Virus record (IMG/VR): IMGVR_UViG_3300028603_000033
Length of the DNA stretch: 64,000 nt
Reading direction: 5' to 3' (one strand)
DNA from: an uncultured virus (IMG/VR IMGVR_UViG_3300028603_000033)
Lineage: Duplodnaviria > Heunggongvirae > Uroviricota > Caudoviricetes
The position numbers and the translations under genes are program-made. The notes beneath the pieces were generated by a model that saw only the letters and a list, made by a program, of their open reading frames with translations, made no database searches and was not told the DNA's origin. Shown one piece after another: positions 26,371 to 35,448 of the stretch. Position 1 is the first letter of the stretch. Every line of letters begins with the position of its first letter.

Positions 26371-27094
26371 ACATTCTGGAGATTTGGGAGATATAATTTA
26401 TTCTCTTCCTGTTATTAAGTCGTTGGGTGGCGGACTATTATTTTTAGATACAACGGGCGGTGCAGATGAACCCTCTTGTAAAGCACAGTGTATGGATGGA
26501 AAAACAAATTTCAATAAGACCTCTTATGAGTTTATTAAACCTCTCATTGAAGCACAACCCTATATTAAAGGGGTATTAGAATATAAAGAGGGGCAACATA
26601 TAGACCATAATCTAAATATGTTTCGTTATAAGTTTAATGATCCTAGTGCTAGAAGTAAAACTAGAAACTTGTTAGATTTACATATGGAAGCCTTTGGATT
26701 ACCAGAATGGAATCCTAATGAACCTTGGTTGTTTGTTGATGAACCTATTACACTTAATAGAAGAACAATTGTATCTCGTTCTCCTAGAATGCAAAGTAAT
26801 TATCCATGGTTTCTTGTTAACAAATTTAAGTTTAGAGATAAAGGCATATTCTTAGGATTACCTAAAGAACATGAAGTCTTTGAGTGGACCTTTAATATAA
26901 AGATTCCATACTATCCAGTTAAGGATGCATTAGAGATTGCACGAGTACTGAAAGGTGCCCTTTCGCTAGCTGCCAATTCAACCTTTATATTATCTGTGGC
27001 CATAGGACTAGGAACTGTCCCTATTATGCAAGAAGTGGAACCTCACTTCCCAACAACAGTTTTTCCAGGTAAAAGGAATATGAATTATATATGA
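26354..27094 (+). CDS. GT9-like (heptosyltransferase-like) glycosyltransferase
   Basis: FKHSGDLGDIIYSLP, LIEAQPYI, ALEIARVLKGA..ANST. Confidence 0.65.
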   Translation: MQKTFKHSGDLGDIIYSLPVIKSLGGGLLFLDTTGGADEPSCKAQCMDGKTNFNKTSYEFIKPLIEAQPYIKGVLEYKEGQHIDHNLNMFRYKFNDPSARSKTRNLLDLHMEAFGLPEWNPNEPWLFVDEPITLNRRTIVSRSPRMQSNYPWFLVNKFKFRDKGIFLGLPKEHEVFEWTFNIKIPYYPVKDALEIARVLKGALSLAANSTFILSVAIGLGTVPIMQEVEPHFPTTVFPGKRNMNYI

Positions 27095-28005
27095 AAATAT
27101 TAACACGATTTGAAGGTGGCCTTGGTGATTGTTTATTAGCAAATAGATTTCTACATGCTATAAAGGAAAAATACCCATATGACCAAATAAGAGTATTGTT
27201 TGATACAGATAATAATCCTAAACAAGAAAGTGTCATGAAAGAACTTTGGCCCAATTTATATCAAGATACAAAAACACTTTCAAATCGTAAAGACAAGAAT
27301 TATAAATTTCAGACTATGTTAGGCAATGAAACATATCCAGCACATCTAAACAATATGCCAGATGAGTTTAATGAAGAACTAAAGAATTGTGATAAATTTT
27401 ATGATTTACACATTGATGGATTAAAATGGTTAAATTATGATTTTGATTGGTTAAAATATTACTACTTCTTTCCTAAACCATATCAACAAGTATGTAATCC
27501 TCATCATTTTGTTCTTCCAGACAAATTCATTCTCATGCATATGTATGCTAGACCCGACTCTGTCTATAATCCTGATAAACAATATACACATAGTTTAATA
27601 TCAAAACTTACCGAAACATTACCTGTTGTTGTAATATGTAATAAGGAATATTTTAATCACTATGACGGATTAAATGTTACTCTATTAGATCCGACATTTA
27701 CAGAATGTTTTAATATAGCATCTAAATGTGAATTATTTTTAGGAATGGATTCGGGTATAAGATACATTCCATATCATTATAGTAAACCAACATTTGTATT
27801 CTCTAACTTCTGTAGCAAGTATGGTCAAGTACATCCGGCTCAATTAATCAGATGGTTAATATTCGAAAAGAATGTTTTACCACTTAATTGCAGTATAGAT
27901 GATATTTCTCGACTGGTTAATAATGTATTAAGTAATAAAGCATACTGTTTGTTTCCCAATGCAAGTAAGAATATTAAAAATATGATATATCAAAGGGACT
28001 TATGA
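27091..28005 (+). CDS. GT9-like glycosyltransferase
   Basis: EGGLGDCLL; KCELFLGMDSGIRYI. Confidence 0.65.
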   Translation: MKILTRFEGGLGDCLLANRFLHAIKEKYPYDQIRVLFDTDNNPKQESVMKELWPNLYQDTKTLSNRKDKNYKFQTMLGNETYPAHLNNMPDEFNEELKNCDKFYDLHIDGLKWLNYDFDWLKYYYFFPKPYQQVCNPHHFVLPDKFILMHMYARPDSVYNPDKQYTHSLISKLTETLPVVVICNKEYFNHYDGLNVTLLDPTFTECFNIASKCELFLGMDSGIRYIPYHYSKPTFVFSNFCSKYGQVHPAQLIRWLIFEKNVLPLNCSIDDISRLVNNVLSNKAYCLFPNASKNIKNMIYQRDL

Positions 28006-28754
28006 AAATAGTTAAACTCACAGAGTTATTAAAATCAGAAAGTCGTATAGGATTCATTAATTCAGGTCCAGGTATAGGAGATAATGTATATTATTCATTT
28101 GTTCCCGAAGCAGTTTTTAATAATACAGGTAAGAAATTAATAGATATAGAAAAGAAATGGGTATATGATTATAATCCTTTTGTAGATAGAGATAAATTGT
28201 ATGATGTTATTATAGATATTTTTAGTTTATCTGCATCAATACCAAAAGATGACTATCTTTCTACAACAGAAAGATTTTGTAAAATTTTAGGATTTAAAAT
28301 AACAAATAGACACCCCAATTTATATAGATTCGAAAATAGTGATAAGATAAATAAAAGTATATGCATACATACCAATGGGAAATCTACAAACGATATTATT
28401 CCTAGTAATATAATTGAATACATAGATAAAAAGTATCCAAAGTATGATATATTTCAAATAGGTGGTAAAGGGGATATAGATACACCATTTATTAATAAGA
28501 AGGGTTTATCGTTATGGGACACCGCTGAATTAATATCAAAGTGCGAAATATTTTTAGGTATAAATAGTAGTATGATGCACATTGCTAATTGTTTTCCATC
28601 TATTTGGAAAAAAATAATATTGATGAGATCGGATTTAGATATTTTTTATCCGTGTAGTGGTCTAATAGGAAGTGAATGGTTTGATTATTCAAACGTTTAT
28701 TTTAATACAAGTGAACAAGATATAGGAATAACCTATACATATAGGAAAATATAA
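28002..28754 (+). CDS. GT9-like glycosyltransferase
   Basis: GPGIGDNV; QIGGKGD; LWDTAELISKCEIFLGINSSMMHIA. Confidence 0.65.
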   Translation: MKIVKLTELLKSESRIGFINSGPGIGDNVYYSFVPEAVFNNTGKKLIDIEKKWVYDYNPFVDRDKLYDVIIDIFSLSASIPKDDYLSTTERFCKILGFKITNRHPNLYRFENSDKINKSICIHTNGKSTNDIIPSNIIEYIDKKYPKYDIFQIGGKGDIDTPFINKKGLSLWDTAELISKCEIFLGINSSMMHIANCFPSIWKKIILMRSDLDIFYPCSGLIGSEWFDYSNVYFNTSEQDIGITYTYRKI

Positions 28755-28755
28755 T

Positions 28756-29484
28756 ATGAATGAAATAATTAATAAATTTTTTGAAAACTTACAACCATAT
28801 GACGTTGGTGAACAATTAATGAGGTTTGGTGCTGATTCTGATGGGGGTTATGTTGTACCTCTAAAATCTTTATATCTGGCGGATATATTTTATACATATG
28901 GTGTCGGCGGCGAAATTAGTTTCGAAAACGACATTAGTAGTTTTTGTGATAATGAATTTTATTTCTTTGACCCAACAGTACATGGGCTTCCAACACCCAA
29001 GCCACAATATAAATTCTTTAGAGAAGGGCTTGGGACAGCTCCTAATTGTTATTCCTATGAAACACATATAAAAAGATTTAAGCATGAAAATAAGAAAATA
29101 TTGTTAAAGGTAGACGTTGAAGGTGCAGAATATGGTAATATGGACAAAATTCCACTTGAATTAATGGACAATATTACGGGTATTGTTATGGAAATACATA
29201 ACCTTCATGATGCAAACTATATGAACCAATTTGATTCTATAGCAAATCATTTGAAACAAAGGTTTACATTATGTCATACACATTTAAATAATTTTGGTTC
29301 TCCAATGCAAATAGGAGAACATAAACTATATAATGCAATAGAGGTTACATATATTAATACTTCTCTTTGTAATTCCCCACCTCAATTACCATATTGGAAG
29401 TGTCCTATAATGAAATTAGACAAATCAAACAATAAGAATATACCGGATGTTGAATTATCATTTCTTAAGAAAAGGATTCTATAA
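28756..29484 (+). CDS. FkbM-like SAM-dependent methyltransferase
   Basis: RFGADSDGGYVV, YGVGGEISFE, FFDPT, LKVDVEGAEY, H.NN. Confidence 0.75.
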   Translation: MNEIINKFFENLQPYDVGEQLMRFGADSDGGYVVPLKSLYLADIFYTYGVGGEISFENDISSFCDNEFYFFDPTVHGLPTPKPQYKFFREGLGTAPNCYSYETHIKRFKHENKKILLKVDVEGAEYGNMDKIPLELMDNITGIVMEIHNLHDANYMNQFDSIANHLKQRFTLCHTHLNNFGSPMQIGEHKLYNAIEVTYINTSLCNSPPQLPYWKCPIMKLDKSNNKNIPDVELSFLKKRIL

Positions 29485-29840
29485 TGTTAAATTTAAAAGT
29501 AGATGAATGTTATGCATTTGATTATATGGCAATTTTGTTCATTAAAAGGAATAAATCAATACAAGCACTTAAAACGTGGGAGGATTGTTACCGTTATATA
29601 AGGGATCAACTTGATGAAAAGTTTTTTAATGAAATAATAGATTCAAAAGAATACGAAGATATGATTGATGCCAACCAAAAAACATTTAATATGGTTGAAA
29701 GAGCAAAGAATAATTCGTGCACAGCTATGGATGTCGACAAATGCAATTATGGTAGACATCGTGCTAAAGAAAAATTCCAAGAAAAATTCTTTGGAACCCC
29801 AATGTCTGAAATAAAAATAGGATATGAGAAATACAAATGA
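29484..29840 (+). CDS. Hypothetical helical protein of the type often found in glycosylation clusters
   Basis: 118 aa; AFDYMAILFIK...N..R...K pattern; coupled to its neighbours. Confidence 0.6.
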   Translation: MLNLKVDECYAFDYMAILFIKRNKSIQALKTWEDCYRYIRDQLDEKFFNEIIDSKEYEDMIDANQKTFNMVERAKNNSCTAMDVDKCNYGRHRAKEKFQEKFFGTPMSEIKIGYEKYK

Positions 29841-30397
29841 ATATAATAGTAACTCCTAACGAATATATACATCATTCTTATAACAATACAATTACAAATG
29901 AAAGATGTGTTGAATTACCACTTGCGTTTCGATTTTTAGATCTTTTTGAGAATAAGACAAAATTATATGAAATAGGTGCTGTAACACCATATTATAAAGA
30001 TCCTTCACACATTGTAATTGATCCAACGGACCCAAAAGCAACAATAAAAGATTTATCACAAAATATAGACTATAAAGGATTAAATGTTTTATCAATTTCT
30101 ACAATAGAACATATGGGAAATGGTGATTATAATTTTCCTATAGATAAACAGTTAGCTATCAATGAACTTAATAGAATATATGATGACAGTTTAAATTGTT
30201 TTATCACATGGCCAATAGGATGTAATAAATGGTTAGATAAACATCTTGAGGAAAATGGTAATCTTTATAATCATTTCTTATATCTTAAAACAAATAATAT
30301 CCCTACATGGATTAAAACAGATAATAAGGATTGTTTTAGACTAAATTATTACGAACAACGTTGTGTGGTGTGCGTACTTAAACTATCCAAGGTTTAG
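29837..30397 (+). CDS. DUF268-like methyltransferase-fold protein
   Basis: NERCVELP, YEIGA, SISTIEHMG. Confidence 0.55.
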   Translation: MNIIVTPNEYIHHSYNNTITNERCVELPLAFRFLDLFENKTKLYEIGAVTPYYKDPSHIVIDPTDPKATIKDLSQNIDYKGLNVLSISTIEHMGNGDYNFPIDKQLAINELNRIYDDSLNCFITWPIGCNKWLDKHLEENGNLYNHFLYLKTNNIPTWIKTDNKDCFRLNYYEQRCVVCVLKLSKV

Positions 30398-30665
30398 CAT
30401 CATCCCCAGTTAAACTGGGTTCCTTATAATGGTGCCAAATTAATTCATAACCATTAGTGGTCATTAAATGACATTCAAGAACTATAATTCCATTATGAAC
30501 CTTAGTGTGACAATTAGGGCAAATATTAGCTAAGTTGCTAGGATGATTAGCATTATGAATTTTACGGCCTCTAATATGGTGTTGTTCTAATATGTTAGGT
30601 TCGCCACAAATCTCACATGCTTCTAAACCTGTATTATTAAGTTTACGTCTTATAGTTCGTTTCAT
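30378..30665 (-). CDS. Small HNH endonuclease
   Basis: CEIC...QHHIRG...NLANICPNCHTKVH; ATG 30665 lies 5 nt after TAAATA (track start 30683). Confidence 0.8.
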   Translation of the reverse strand: MKRTIRRKLNNTGLEACEICGEPNILEQHHIRGRKIHNANHPSNLANICPNCHTKVHNGIIVLECHLMTTNGYELIWHHYKEPSLTGDDAKPWIV

Positions 30666-30683
30666 GAGAATATTTAATACCAC

Positions 30684-30711
30684 TTGAAAAAAAGTACAGA
30701 TATGTTATTAT
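30684..30711 (+). promoter_or_regulatory. Sigma70-type promoter, probably leaderless
   Basis: TTGAAA-16 nt-TATTAT, 6 nt to ATG 30718. Confidence 0.6.
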
Positions 30712-30717
30712 ATATTT

Positions 30718-31371
30718 ATGAGTGGAATTATAATTATCAGTGCAACAAAAGGCGATGGCTGGAATACTTTATTAAATAAAAGCCAATCATTCCCTATTCA
30801 ATTTACAACAAATAATACAAACAGTTTAGCATCTGTTTATAATCATTATATTACAAATACATATAAGGATGAAACATTAATAATGGCCCATGATGATTTA
30901 TATATAGATGATGATAGATTAGAAGCAAAAGTATTTAAAGCGTTGAAACAATACGATGTTGTCGGATTGGCGGGTACCACAGGTCCATTAAATATTAAAG
31001 AACCGGCATTATGGCATATTATGGGTGGTCCTCGTGAAAATTTTAGGGGATCCGTTGCTCATTATACTAACGATACACAATGTTATTCAACTAGTTTTGG
31101 CTTAACACCTGATAGAGTTTTATTGATTGATGGTTTGTTTATGGCAGTTAAAGTAAAGACACTTTTAGATAAGGGAATAAAGTTTGATGAAAGTAACCCC
31201 TCTAGATTTCATTTCTATGATTTAGACTTCTGTTTACAATGCAACCAAGTAGGTCTAAAAATTGGTGTCTGGCCTATTTGGTGTATTCATAAATCACCAG
31301 GATTAAGAGAATATACACCTGAATTCTTAAAAGGTCAAGAATGGTTTATTAACAAGTGGAGTAATAAATGA
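30718..31371 (+). CDS. GT2-like glycosyltransferase
   Basis: SLASVYN, MAHDDLYI, VVGLAG, IDGLFMAV, FDE...FHFYDLDFCL, HKSPG. Confidence 0.78.
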   Translation: MSGIIIISATKGDGWNTLLNKSQSFPIQFTTNNTNSLASVYNHYITNTYKDETLIMAHDDLYIDDDRLEAKVFKALKQYDVVGLAGTTGPLNIKEPALWHIMGGPRENFRGSVAHYTNDTQCYSTSFGLTPDRVLLIDGLFMAVKVKTLLDKGIKFDESNPSRFHFYDLDFCLQCNQVGLKIGVWPIWCIHKSPGLREYTPEFLKGQEWFINKWSNK

Positions 31372-31559
31372 AAATAATTAAGCACGGTAAAGATCTTTCA
31401 AAGAAAAAACTACGTGGTGAATGCACTAATTGTGGTTGTAAAGTTGAATGTGTTAAAGCAGAAACAAAAACGTTAATAGATAGAGATACACAATCAGGAA
31501 TGGCAACACAATATATAAGATGTCCTGATTGTGGTTATACATTTCTTTGGGTGAAATAA
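31368..31559 (+). CDS. Small Zn-ribbon protein
   Basis: CTNCGC...CPDCG. Confidence 0.7.
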   Translation: MKIIKHGKDLSKKKLRGECTNCGCKVECVKAETKTLIDRDTQSGMATQYIRCPDCGYTFLWVK

Positions 31560-31560
31560 T

Positions 31561-32007
31561 ATGAATATAATTACAAAAGATATAACTACAGTTGAATTTG
31601 GTGTTATAGTACACCAAGTTAATTGTCAAGGAGTAATGGGTTCTGGTGTAGCTAAAGCCCTTAGAGATAAGTGGCCTAAAATATATGATTCATATAGAGA
31701 TGCAGAGAAATTGCTTGGTAATATAGATGTCTGTGAAATAAAAGAAAATCTATATGTGGTAAATCTATTTGGTCAAGATGAATATAAAAGAGGGATTGAT
31801 GATCATTGGGATAGATTTACTAGTTATGGCGCTTGGGAACTTGCTTTACCAAGACTAAGGGATTATATTATTAGAAATGGATTACCAGATATGATATATT
31901 TTCCTTATAATGTTGGTTGTGATAGAGGTGGTGGCGATTGGCGTATTATCAGTGCTATGATTGAAGAACATTTTCCAGACGCAATATTTTGTAAATATAA
32001 AGGATAA
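31561..32007 (+). CDS. Macrodomain ADP-ribose glycohydrolase-like protein
   Basis: KDIT...VHQVNCQGVMGSGVAKALR...NLFGQ...FPYNVGCDRGGGDW. Confidence 0.85.
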   Translation: MNIITKDITTVEFGVIVHQVNCQGVMGSGVAKALRDKWPKIYDSYRDAEKLLGNIDVCEIKENLYVVNLFGQDEYKRGIDDHWDRFTSYGAWELALPRLRDYIIRNGLPDMIYFPYNVGCDRGGGDWRIISAMIEEHFPDAIFCKYKG

Positions 32008-32008
32008 T

Positions 32009-32302
32009 ATGAAAGAAGTAAAAATTAAAAGAATGGGACCAAAGGACGTATCCGTATTGTTAGGTATGCTAGCATTTCTGATAGTCCCTTGGTTCATTGC
32101 AGGTTTAAATATTTGGGGCTGGATGGCTGTTTGTGTTGCTGCCTTAGTTATATGTTTTGAAATTTATTCAATAATTAAGAATGATAAGACTATTAGTCGA
32201 ATATTTTGGGAATATAAAGAGAAACATCCAATTGCTGCTTGGATTGTATTTGGTATTGCATCAATTGGTTGGATATTGTTAGGTTATCATCTATTAGGAT
32301 AA
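32009..32302 (+). CDS. Small membrane protein (~3 TM segments)
   Basis: ATG 32009 (MKEVKIKR) follows the macrodomain stop; three hydrophobic stretches. Confidence 0.65.
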   Translation: MKEVKIKRMGPKDVSVLLGMLAFLIVPWFIAGLNIWGWMAVCVAALVICFEIYSIIKNDKTISRIFWEYKEKHPIAAWIVFGIASIGWILLGYHLLG

Positions 32303-32303
32303 A

Positions 32304-34088
32304 ATGAAACAAGTAGACTTCAAAAAAATAACTATTGAAAATTTTCTTTCTATAGGAAATGTTCCTGTTACTATTGATTTTCAAAGGGGTATCAATATCA
32401 TAACGGGTATTAATCTAGACAAAGAAGGTAGTAAGAATGGTGTCGGCAAAAGTACCATTCTGGATGCTATTCATTTTGTTTTATTTGGTGAGACCATACG
32501 TGAACTTAAAAAGGAACATATAGTTAATAGACACACTCGAAAAAATTGTAAAGTTGTTTTAGAATTTGAAGTAAATGGTGAATTATATATTTTAACAAGA
32601 ACAATAGAACCCACAGCAGTAGAACTATTACAACCCTCATTAAAAGAAAAGAAAGATATTACAAAATCTAGTATGCCCAAAACAACGGCATATGTACAGA
32701 GTCTTATTAATTGTACACCAGAAGTATTTCAACAAAGTATATTAATGTCAATTAATAGCACATCTCCCTTTATGACACAAAGGAAAGTTGAAAAAAGAAA
32801 GTTTATTGAAGGTATTTTAAAATTGGGAGTATTTAGTGAAATGCTTAATGCTGCCCGTTTAGATTATAACGAAACGAAAAAAGAAACGGATTTAGAAAAG
32901 AATGCCTTAAATGATTTGGTTGCCTCATTAGAAAAATATTATTTTCAACAAACCAATTTTGATTCTCTAAAGGCTACTAAGATTAAAGAACTTAATGAAA
33001 GAATCGTTGAGAATAAATCTGATATAGAGAAGCTTAAAAAACTTATCAAAGTTATTGATAAGGAAGATAGATCGAAAAAGATTACTGAAATAGTTGAAGA
33101 GGAAGCAACCTATAAAAAGACCGTTAATGATTTAACCACTGATGTTATAAAGGTTAATTCAAGTATAAAATCATTAGAAAAAGAATTTACAGATTTAGAG
33201 AAAAAGGGTCTGTCGTGCGATAAATGTCATCGGCCCTTTACTGAACAAGATATTGAAGCTGTTGAGGCTCGCAAAGAAGAAATAAATTCACATCTTGTTA
33301 CAAAAAGAACTGAATTGATTCTATTAGAGTCGACTCTGACTAAACAGAAAAAATTAGTCCTTGATTGTGATAGTAAAAAGGATAAAATTAGAGAAGAGAT
33401 ATATCAGATTGAGTTAGATAAAAAAGAAAATGAAAATATCGAAAATAAAATTCAGAATCTAAACGTAATAATCAAACAGAATGAAAAAGATATAGATAAT
33501 GAAGAACAACGTACTTCAGGGTTTAAAACTCTAATAGATGAAAGTGAAGCACGTAAGGGAACTCTTGATAATAGAGTACTTCAACTTTGTAAAAAAACTG
33601 ATATTCTTGAGGCTGTTAAGTTTGTTGTATCTGAAGAAGGTGTTAAGTCCTTTATCGTTAAGAAAATCCTAACTTTACTTAACAATAGACTTGCTATTTA
33701 TTTGAACAAATTAGAAGCAAATTGTCGTTGTTCATTCAATGAGTACTTTGAAGAAGTAATTTTAGATGATAAAGGACACGATTGTTGTTATTACAACTTC
33801 TCTGGTGGTGAACGTAAAAGAATAGACTTGGCAATGTTATTTACATTTCAAGATATACGAAGACTTCAAGGTGATGTAACAGTTAATTTGAATATGTATG
33901 ATGAACTATTAGACAGTAGTTTGGATGGAAAAGGTATTGAATGTGTTTTGAATACTCTATATGAAAGAGTTGAAAATTATGGTGAGGCCATATACATTAT
34001 TACACATAATCCTTTAACTATGAATGTCGCAATTAATAGCACAATTAACCTAGTAAAATCTAACGGAATTACTAAATTATCTACTTGA
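32304..34088 (+). CDS. gp46: Recombination ATPase (Rad50/SbcC-like)
   Basis: IENFLSIG, NGVGKST Walker A, coiled coil with CDKC hook, FSGGERKRIDLA, YDELLDSSLD, ITH. Confidence 0.95.
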   Translation: MKQVDFKKITIENFLSIGNVPVTIDFQRGINIITGINLDKEGSKNGVGKSTILDAIHFVLFGETIRELKKEHIVNRHTRKNCKVVLEFEVNGELYILTRTIEPTAVELLQPSLKEKKDITKSSMPKTTAYVQSLINCTPEVFQQSILMSINSTSPFMTQRKVEKRKFIEGILKLGVFSEMLNAARLDYNETKKETDLEKNALNDLVASLEKYYFQQTNFDSLKATKIKELNERIVENKSDIEKLKKLIKVIDKEDRSKKITEIVEEEATYKKTVNDLTTDVIKVNSSIKSLEKEFTDLEKKGLSCDKCHRPFTEQDIEAVEARKEEINSHLVTKRTELILLESTLTKQKKLVLDCDSKKDKIREEIYQIELDKKENENIENKIQNLNVIIKQNEKDIDNEEQRTSGFKTLIDESEARKGTLDNRVLQLCKKTDILEAVKFVVSEEGVKSFIVKKILTLLNNRLAIYLNKLEANCRCSFNEYFEEVILDDKGHDCCYYNFSGGERKRIDLAMLFTFQDIRRLQGDVTVNLNMYDELLDSSLDGKGIECVLNTLYERVENYGEAIYIITHNPLTMNVAINSTINLVKSNGITKLST

Positions 34089-34119
34089 TTTTTAGCTAGT
34101 GCATACCTAAATAAGGTAT

Positions 34120-35418
34120 ATGGCACTACAGTTTAAAAATCCAATTCAGCAACAACAACAACCCCAACAATCTAATATTAATTATAGTATTGGAAATATG
34201 GGTATTCCTATGGCTCCACAAGGTATGCCATTAGGTATTCCTTATATTAGTAAGGTTAATAAGTTAATATTTCAAGCTCCTCCTCCTATTGAGATGCCAG
34301 GTTCTGGACTTAAAAGGGCAGTAAACTATTATGCAGATTATGGTGGTTGTGGTATGTGGAGAATGGTCTGGCCTGAAAATCTTTTAAACGCATATAATAA
34401 GGCTGTTGTTAATGGATTGACTACTATGATAGTAGATGAACGATTTTATAATGGGTTAAACGCAGTTAGATTACAAAGACAGGCAACCCCACATCAATTA
34501 GAATTTGTAAAGTTTCTAAAACATATACAACCTAAATATGGATTTAAAATTCTTTATGAAATTGATGATGTAATTTTTAGAGAAGACATTCCTGAATATA
34601 ATAGATGCAAGGACGCCTTTATAAGTGACGATATTGCTAGATGCTCAAAAGAAATTATGTCTATGTGTGATGAAGTATCTGTAACTTGTTCTTATATGAA
34701 AGAATATTACAGAGAGAAAACCGGTAATCAGAATATTACTGTTATTCCTAACTATCCTCCTAAATATTGGTTCCAGGGGCTATATAACAAAGATAGATTA
34801 TTGAAGACGTTTAAAGAAAATAAGGACAGGCCTAGAATTATCTATACTGGTTCGGGCACACATATTGATATTATTAATAGGGCTAATCAACAAGACGATT
34901 TTGCCCACGTAGTAGATTATATTATTGCCACTCGTAAAGAATTTAAATGGGTGTTCATGGGTTGTTTCCCAATTAAATGTAAACCATTTATAGATACTGG
35001 TGAAATGGAATTTCATAACTGGAAACAGATGTATGACTATCCTCAAGGCATTTATGATTTAAATGGAAGTGTTTCTATTGCTCCATTAATTGATAACAGA
35101 TTTAATAGGGCTAAGAGTAATATTAAGTATCTTGAAGCAGCTAACTTGGGTATTCCTTGTGTGTGTCAAGATTTTGAAACATATGAAATTGCTCCTAAAG
35201 AATTGAAATTTAATACGGGTATCGAAATGATTAATAAGATCAGATCATTAACTAAGGATATTAAGACATATGAAGCAATGTCAGATTATGTTTATAAGGA
35301 TTCTCAAACGATGTTATTGAACGATCATTTAGATGAATATACAGAATTATACTTCACACCTTATGGAAGTAAGGAACGTAAGGCATTACTCAAAAATAAC
35401 CCAGAACAAGCTACTTGA
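34120..35418 (+). CDS. GT-B (GT4-like) glycosyltransferase with Q/P-rich N-terminal extension
   Basis: GGCGMWRMVWP, YEIDD, VIPNY, YTGSGTH, IAPLIDNRFNRAKSNIKYLEA...GIPCV. Confidence 0.75.
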   Translation: MALQFKNPIQQQQQPQQSNINYSIGNMGIPMAPQGMPLGIPYISKVNKLIFQAPPPIEMPGSGLKRAVNYYADYGGCGMWRMVWPENLLNAYNKAVVNGLTTMIVDERFYNGLNAVRLQRQATPHQLEFVKFLKHIQPKYGFKILYEIDDVIFREDIPEYNRCKDAFISDDIARCSKEIMSMCDEVSVTCSYMKEYYREKTGNQNITVIPNYPPKYWFQGLYNKDRLLKTFKENKDRPRIIYTGSGTHIDIINRANQQDDFAHVVDYIIATRKEFKWVFMGCFPIKCKPFIDTGEMEFHNWKQMYDYPQGIYDLNGSVSIAPLIDNRFNRAKSNIKYLEAANLGIPCVCQDFETYEIAPKELKFNTGIEMINKIRSLTKDIKTYEAMSDYVYKDSQTMLLNDHLDEYTELYFTPYGSKERKALLKNNPEQAT

Positions 35419-35442
35419 GTTTTTTGCGTTTAATGTTATTAT
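35415..35442 (+). promoter_or_regulatory. Sigma70-type promoter, probably leaderless, for DNA polymerase
   Basis: TTGAGT-16 nt-TATTAT, 6 nt to ATG 35449, no SD. Confidence 0.6.
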
Positions 35443-35448
35443 ATATAC

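Noticed and set aside
32009..32302. Holin assignment for the small membrane protein
   Set aside because: The hydrophobicity fits, but there is no adjacent endolysin or spanin and it lies in the replication cluster.
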